Assembly (NCBI GenBank): GCA_032718475.1
Contig: JAUCBJ010007300.1
Span: 124,001 to 188,000, forward strand
Direction of reading: 5' to 3'
Source of the DNA: Nemertoderma westbladi
Lineage: Eukaryota > Animalia > Xenacoelomorpha
Length of the DNA stretch: 64,000 nt
A program made the position numbers and the translations under genes. The notes below the pieces were generated by a model. That model saw only the letters and a list, made by a program, of their open reading frames with translations, made no database searches and had not been told where the DNA came from. Shown piece by piece: positions 58,151-64,000 of this stretch. Numbering within the stretch: position 1 is the first letter of the stretch; each line of letters begins with the position of its first letter.

Positions 58151-58989
58151 GTTTTAATGAACAATTTGTAAAACGCATATGCAATAAAGACCCAGACCCT
58201 CATCTAGTTACAATTATTAATTAGTACAATGTTTATTGTTCTTTAGTAACTTTTCTTGGCTTGCGGACTTTCCTGGTGTTTTTCTTCTCCGGGCTCGGGG
58301 TGCACGATGTTTGTGTAGTGAGTTCAAGCGGCTCAACAATGGCTGTATCATTGGTTGGACTCGGAATAACGAATCCCGTAAATGGAACCTTTACAAAGTC
58401 ATCAATGTCATCCATGTGTAATATGAAATTAAATAAGAAATAAGAAATTATACTGAACAGTTCAGCCTCCATAAGTTAGGAAGGCAGCAAGGTTTAAATA
58501 GAGTACGCTATGATGCAGTACAAACTACCGCCAGCTAGGCAGAACAGTGATTATTGTTTGTAAGGGAGGTTGGGATGGATAAGCCAATCAGGGAACAGGA
58601 CAGTAATCCTACCATATAAGGTAATACTAATATAAGGTTGTGCTGTCTCTAGTATAAGGGGTACGGAAGCCCATAGCGGCACACATTACAATTGTCTACA
58701 GAGCCGCTCTACCAGAGAGGTCACATTCCCACGGTAGTAGTTTTTCAGCTAATCAATATCTAATAATGTCTGACGGCCAAGCATCACCACCGCCCTTATT
58801 AATAATTCATTGGGAAGCATTGACCCCTATTAAGGTGTCCCCCAGAGCCGGATTAAGCTTATGTGTGGCCCCTAGACATAGACAAATTATTAAGGTGTCT
58901 ATTAACTATTAAGGTGCACCCCATTAATGTTTGTGTCCCTCATTAATGAGTGTCCCTCATTAATAGTTGTGTCCCTCATCAACATACTC

Positions 58990-59720
58990 AGTAATTAACG
59001 TAAATCCGCATTTTACACCCCTTCCCGGATCCAGTAACACTTTGTAATTAACCTGAATCAATCCGCGTTTTACACCCCTTCCCGGATCCATTAAAACTTG
59101 GTAATTAACGTAAATCCCTGTTTTACACTCCATTCCGGATCCAACAAAACTTGGTAATTAACGAAAATCCGTGTTTTACACTCCATTCCGGATCTGACAA
59201 AACTTGGTAATTAACGAAAATCCGTGTTTTACACTCCATTCCGGACCAAATAAAACTTGGTAATTAACGTAAATCCGTGTTTTACACTCCATTCCGGATC
59301 CAACAAAACTTGGTAATTAACGAAAATCCGTGTTTTACACTCCATTCCGGATCCAACAAAACTTGGTAATTAACGAAAATCCGTGTTTTACACTACATTC
59401 CGGATCCAACAAAACTTGGTAATTAACGAAAATCCGTGTTTTACACTACATTCCGGATCCAACAAAACTTGGCAATTAACGAAAATCCGGGTTTTACACT
59501 CCATTCCGGATCCAATAAAACTTGGTAATTAACGTAAATCTGTGTTTTACACTCCATTCCGGATCCAATAAAACTTGGTAATTAACGAAAATCCGTGTTT
59601 TACACTCCATTCCGGATCCAACAAAACTTGGTAATTAACGTAAATCTGTGTTTTACACTCCATTCCGGATCCAATAAAACTTGGTAATTAACATAAATCC
59701 GTATTTTACACTCCATTCCG
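58990..59720 (-). repeat. 53-bp tandem array, inverted (roughly 14 units)
   Basis: Reverse complement of the left-array unit. Confidence 0.95.
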
Positions 59721-60199
59721 GATTCACAAAATATATGAATCCGCGTTTTACACTGCAATACGGATTGCGTATTTCAGAATCCGCATATTACACTCAGTTA
59801 CGGATTGTATGTAAATCCAGATCCGCCTTTTACACTCGCAAATCCGGGTCCTGATCCGTATCCGGATTTAGCTCTACTGTGTTTTTTGCAGAGCCCATTT
59901 CACTTGTAATAAGTATTTTTCACAATTCACTGTTGATTTCATTACTGCTCACCGGCATTCCAATGCCGAATTGGAGTGCCTATCGATTTATGAATAATAC
60001 AATATTTTAACCTTTCTTTCACAACAATAGCATGCCCTTAATTCGTCTTTTTACAATGTGATTTAACTGTTAATGTTTGCTGTAAATTTTATTGATCGTA
60101 TTGCCGGTTAGTCCGAATTAAACAGTATTATTATTACATATGCGTTGTCTTTGACTACTCTAACCCGAACACTACAAACATAATCAGAGGCTATATTAA

Positions 60200-61229
60200 C
60201 AGATTAGGGGTTTCGATTGCAGCGATAACCTTGGCTTCTCCCGATAAATTATCCAAGCTGTAAAACCTATTAATTCCCGTAGGGAAGTCAATTTATTTGT
60301 TCTACTTAAAACTAACAGACACATCTACAAATACCACAAGTGCACAAGTACAGAAATAATTGAAAATCCTATTCGAAAACATCAGAAAATCGTGCTCTCC
60401 TTAGAATTTGGAAACATACTATCCAATCCGATTGAGTATGCGTTGCCACTTCTCGATATTGTCAACCGATATATTCGAGGAATCCATTAACACAGACCTT
60501 ATCTACGAGCTAATTAATTACAGAGGATGACATTGGAGGTGAACAACTCACATCATCAATGCTGCCTCAGAGCGACATAAACTGGAGACTTCAAAAACTT
60601 GCGGTAAACCTTAGTACGATGTATAATGTCAGGAGTCCAAGCTAGTTACTACTACTTAATGCCTGATTGTGAAACTTCCGAGTTTAGTAATGCAAGTTAC
60701 TATGGTCTTCCAGACAGAAACATAAAAATCTGATTAAACAAAAGAATCTAGCTCATGAAGAACATATCAGTTTAAATAAAGCGTATAGCGGGAATAAAAC
60801 CATGGACACTGTTTTAAGAGTTGAAAGCCCCTGCTGTCGCTCCAATCGAATCTACCGGCATGGATGGCCATTTCTGAGAACTACTCGGGCAATCGAATGA
60901 TCCACATAACTTGGCCCCATTTACAACCACGGCCTTGCCGCCTAAGCCACAGACTTGATTGGTTTAATGCTCCGATAACGGAAGAAGTAGTAGAAGATGC
61001 CGTCCAAAACTCCTACAACAAGAAAGCTAGTGGCTCGAACCGCGACATCAAACAATTTCCTGCGACTGTCATTACTTTAATAACTATGTTATACAACGTT
61101 TGTTTTACTTTAATATTGGATTACATTCTGTATACGTGTATTATCAGCATTATCAATATATTGTATAAATGGAAAGGAATAAGTACAGACCCGAGTAACT
61201 ACAGTGGGCATAAATCTGAATCTTCTTGA
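60200..61229 (+). mobile_element. Highly degenerate LINE fragment
   Basis: PITEEVVEDAV...KKASG...LYNVCF...ILYKWKG..DPSNY resembles the pre-RT region. Confidence 0.6.
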
Positions 61230-61469
61230 AACTTCCTGTAACGTTAATATAAGGTATAATTGATTTAATATTATGTGCTGTTAAATGATGTGTATAACCT
61301 CAACACTACTACCGTAATTAATTAACTCCATGATTAATTATATTATATTTACATATTGTTTGCACTTCTACAGTAGGTATGTTTGACCCTTTCTAAGTGT
61401 AAACATATTGCACATCATGAGATATATACCAGATACATTTTTGTCATGCAATATAATTATATCTATCTA

Positions 61470-64000
61470 GAGTCAGGTCAGGTACCCAGATCCTGCTACC
61501 ACTATGGCAGTAAAGTGGTACTACCTGTAGCTGTCAGCCCAGTAGGGCAGGCCCGATAAGCATAGCCTATTCATTATTTAGTTGATCAAGAGTGGGTTGG
61601 TTCACACCCGTCAACTAAACTATGACAAGTCATTGAGGGCTATAGCGCCTAGGGCACCATTGAAGGCAAAGGCTTGATATGCATCTGCATTAGAGATGAT
61701 ACAAGCCCCGCCCTGTCTATACTGGATGCTCCTCTACCAGTGTTAGGTAACCTAACCCAGGAGGCACACTTGGTTCAGGGTGTAACAAATGGACCCCTGC
61801 AGTCGGCAGCAGGGCTGTAGGCCATGGATGGGCGGAAGGTAATCAACCAACGGCTAGACATGCTGACAAGGTCGGCGGAAGGTAATCAACCAACGGCGAC
61901 CTACTGCGAAGACGCTTGTAGGAGTTGCGACCACAAGCGGTTTACTCCCGCAACTGAAAGATATGAGTATGAGAACCCTCCAGGAGAAATACCGGCTCGG
62001 TCGTCGCCCGGGTCAACAAGGACCGCGTCCCTCAGTGGTACACCAGGCTGAGGTCGATAAATTGGCTACTGGAACAGAAGACAGAGAAGAAAGAAGAACC
62101 AACCTGTTGAAATGTAAAAAGACACTAAAGATTGCTACAATGAATGCACGCACGCTGAAAGCACAGAGCAAACAGGGTGACATGGTGGCTCTGGCAATGG
62201 AATATAACATCAACATCATCTGCATCCAAGAACATCGGATTTGTCATGAAGACACTGCCATGAAGTACAATGACATTGGAAATGGATGGACGTTAGTAAC
62301 AAGCTCAACAGTAAGAAACTCGGCCAATGCATCAATTGGTGGAGTAGGAATTCTGCTAAGCCCATTTGCACTTAAGACCCTAAACAACATCGAATCTATA
62401 AATTCCAGGGTTATGATCGCAACATTTGATGGGAATCCCAAGACAACAGTTATATGTTGCTACAGTCCAACCAATGCATCAGAGCCAGAACAAGCAGTCA
62501 AGTTTTATGAAGAACTGACTGGACTTATTAAGGACATCCCGAAACACAATGTTAAAGTCATTGCTGGTGACCTGAATGCGCAAATTGGCCCAGAAGATAT
62601 CAAGGGTTACACCTATAACACCAGTTCTAACAGAAATGGGTACTTACTTTTAGACCTAATGGAAGAATGTGAATTGATACCAACAAACAACACATTCGAA
62701 AAGAGTAAGGGGAAGCTATGGACCTTTCAATACCCTAATGGAACCAAAGCACAACTGGATTACATCCTTATAAACAAAAAGTGGAGAAATAGCATGATCA
62801 ACTGCGAGGCATACAACTCGTTCAACCTAATTGGTTCGGACCACATAATTGTGACTGCAGAGATCAGACTCAGTTTGAGAGCCAGCAAACCCAGGACAAG
62901 CAAGCAAATCAACTATGACTGGGAGAAACTCAGAACTGACAATGCTGTAAAGGATGCTTATACAGTAGAAGTTCAAAACCGCTTTGAAGCACTTCAGTCA
63001 ATGGATGAAGACCAATCCACCGATTCAATATACCAGAATATAATAACAGCCCACAAGGAATCAGCTAAGAGGCATATCCCCCAGAAACCTAAACGAAAAC
63101 AGTATGTGCCATGGCAAAACTCTGAGGTTACTTGTAAGAGAGAAGATCTTAAGATAGCCTACAAAGTTAAAACCGAACAACCAACAACCGAAAACATTAA
63201 CAAGGTTGAGAAAGCTAAGGACGATCTTAAATTGGCCTACAACATCAGCCAGGAAAAGTACATACAGGATAAAACTGAAGCAATTACAACTGCTCACATA
63301 CAGCAACAATCAAGACTTACCTGGCAAACTGTAAATGAGGTATCTGGTCGGAAAAGTTGTGCAAAGGGGCGCCTCAAAGCCGATAGTCCTGAAGAACGTG
63401 TTGGGAAGTGGAAAAATCACTTCAGCAACTTGCTTGGGCAGCCACCAAACATCGAGGTCAACCCTACAAGGAAAATATATGACAAGACACTACCTATAGA
63501 AACAGGGGACTTCACACCTGCCGAACTCCAAAGAAGCATTAAAAGCATGTCCAATAATAAAGCGAGTGGATTATATGAAATCCCAGCGGAGGTATGGAAA
63601 ACCGGAGTGCTAAATAGACCATTATTGAATGTTTGCAACCGGATGTTAAAAGGGGAAAAGCCACCGCCAATTTGGACTAAAGGTCAACTAAAGCCTCTCC
63701 CCAAGAAAGGAGACCTCGGCATACCAACAAATTATCATGGGATCTGTCTGCTTGTGGTAGCTGCCAAAATATACAATAAAATGATTCTATATAGGATTGG
63801 GCCTCACATAGAGAAACTACTGCGTAAGAGCCAAAGCGGATTTCGACCAAGTAGATCAACAATAGCTCAGATACTTGCACTACGGAGACTGATTGAAGGA
63901 ATTAAGTCAAAGAATCTCCCCGCAGTCATGACTTTTGTGGACTTCAAGAAGGCATTCGACTCCATCCATAGAGGTAAAATGCTTGAAATCCTAAGAGCTT
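61470..64000 (+). mobile_element. RTE-clade LINE, 5'-complete copy running off the window
   Basis: Structured ~500-nt leader, then an open EN-RT frame; 5' border approximate. Confidence 0.9.
61963..64000 (+). CDS. RTE APE endonuclease-reverse transcriptase ORF (partial)
   Basis: ATG 61963; IATMNART, IQEHR, GGVG, YSPT, GDLNA, LDYIL, SDH, FVDFKKAFDS; no stop seen before the window end (so absent from the ORF track). Confidence 0.9.
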   Translation, partial: MSMRTLQEKYRLGRRPGQQGPRPSVVHQAEVDKLATGTEDREERRTNLLKCKKTLKIATMNARTLKAQSKQGDMVALAMEYNINIICIQEHRICHEDTAMKYNDIGNGWTLVTSSTVRNSANASIGGVGILLSPFALKTLNNIESINSRVMIATFDGNPKTTVICCYSPTNASEPEQAVKFYEELTGLIKDIPKHNVKVIAGDLNAQIGPEDIKGYTYNTSSNRNGYLLLDLMEECELIPTNNTFEKSKGKLWTFQYPNGTKAQLDYILINKKWRNSMINCEAYNSFNLIGSDHIIVTAEIRLSLRASKPRTSKQINYDWEKLRTDNAVKDAYTVEVQNRFEALQSMDEDQSTDSIYQNIITAHKESAKRHIPQKPKRKQYVPWQNSEVTCKREDLKIAYKVKTEQPTTENINKVEKAKDDLKLAYNISQEKYIQDKTEAITTAHIQQQSRLTWQTVNEVSGRKSCAKGRLKADSPEERVGKWKNHFSNLLGQPPNIEVNPTRKIYDKTLPIETGDFTPAELQRSIKSMSNNKASGLYEIPAEVWKTGVLNRPLLNVCNRMLKGEKPPPIWTKGQLKPLPKKGDLGIPTNYHGICLLVVAAKIYNKMILYRIGPHIEKLLRKSQSGFRPSRSTIAQILALRRLIEGIKSKNLPAVMTFVDFKKAFDSIHRGKMLEILRA

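Larger units (their letters stand above)
55861..59881. mobile_element. Foldback element with inverted 53-bp satellite arms
   Basis: Left array ~56100-58150, right array ~58990-59720 in opposite orientation; loosely inverted ends; borders approximate, no TSD found. Confidence 0.7.

Noticed and set aside
56100-59720. CRISPR-like look of the 53-bp arrays
   Set aside because: Units are contiguous with no unique spacers, there are no cas genes, and the context is a eukaryotic intron.

Overview
AT-rich metazoan (invertebrate-like) genomic DNA, with no prokaryotic features. The window is the middle of one large + strand polycystin-1-like (PKD1L/REJ-type) gene. I read 30 GT-AG exons (184..52228) that splice into one open frame of about 1,480 codons: REJ module, GAIN/GPS, TM1, PLAT, TM2-TM5. 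Both ends of the gene lie outside the window. The introns are packed with mobile DNA: (1) an apparently intact Ngaro-type DIRS retrotransposon with A1-ORFs-B1-A2-B2 split repeats; (2) a decayed IS3EU-type transposon into which a nearly intact CACTA/EnSpm-type element has inserted, whose second ORF ends in a PWWP chromatin-reader-like domain; (3) a small palindromic Penelope-like element with a hammerhead ribozyme motif in each arm; (4) several RTE and CR1/L2-like LINEs; (5) MITEs; and (6) a 4-kb foldback element built from inverted 53-bp satellite arrays around a small unexplained ORF. All family and domain assignments come from motif recognition by eye; no database searches were run.
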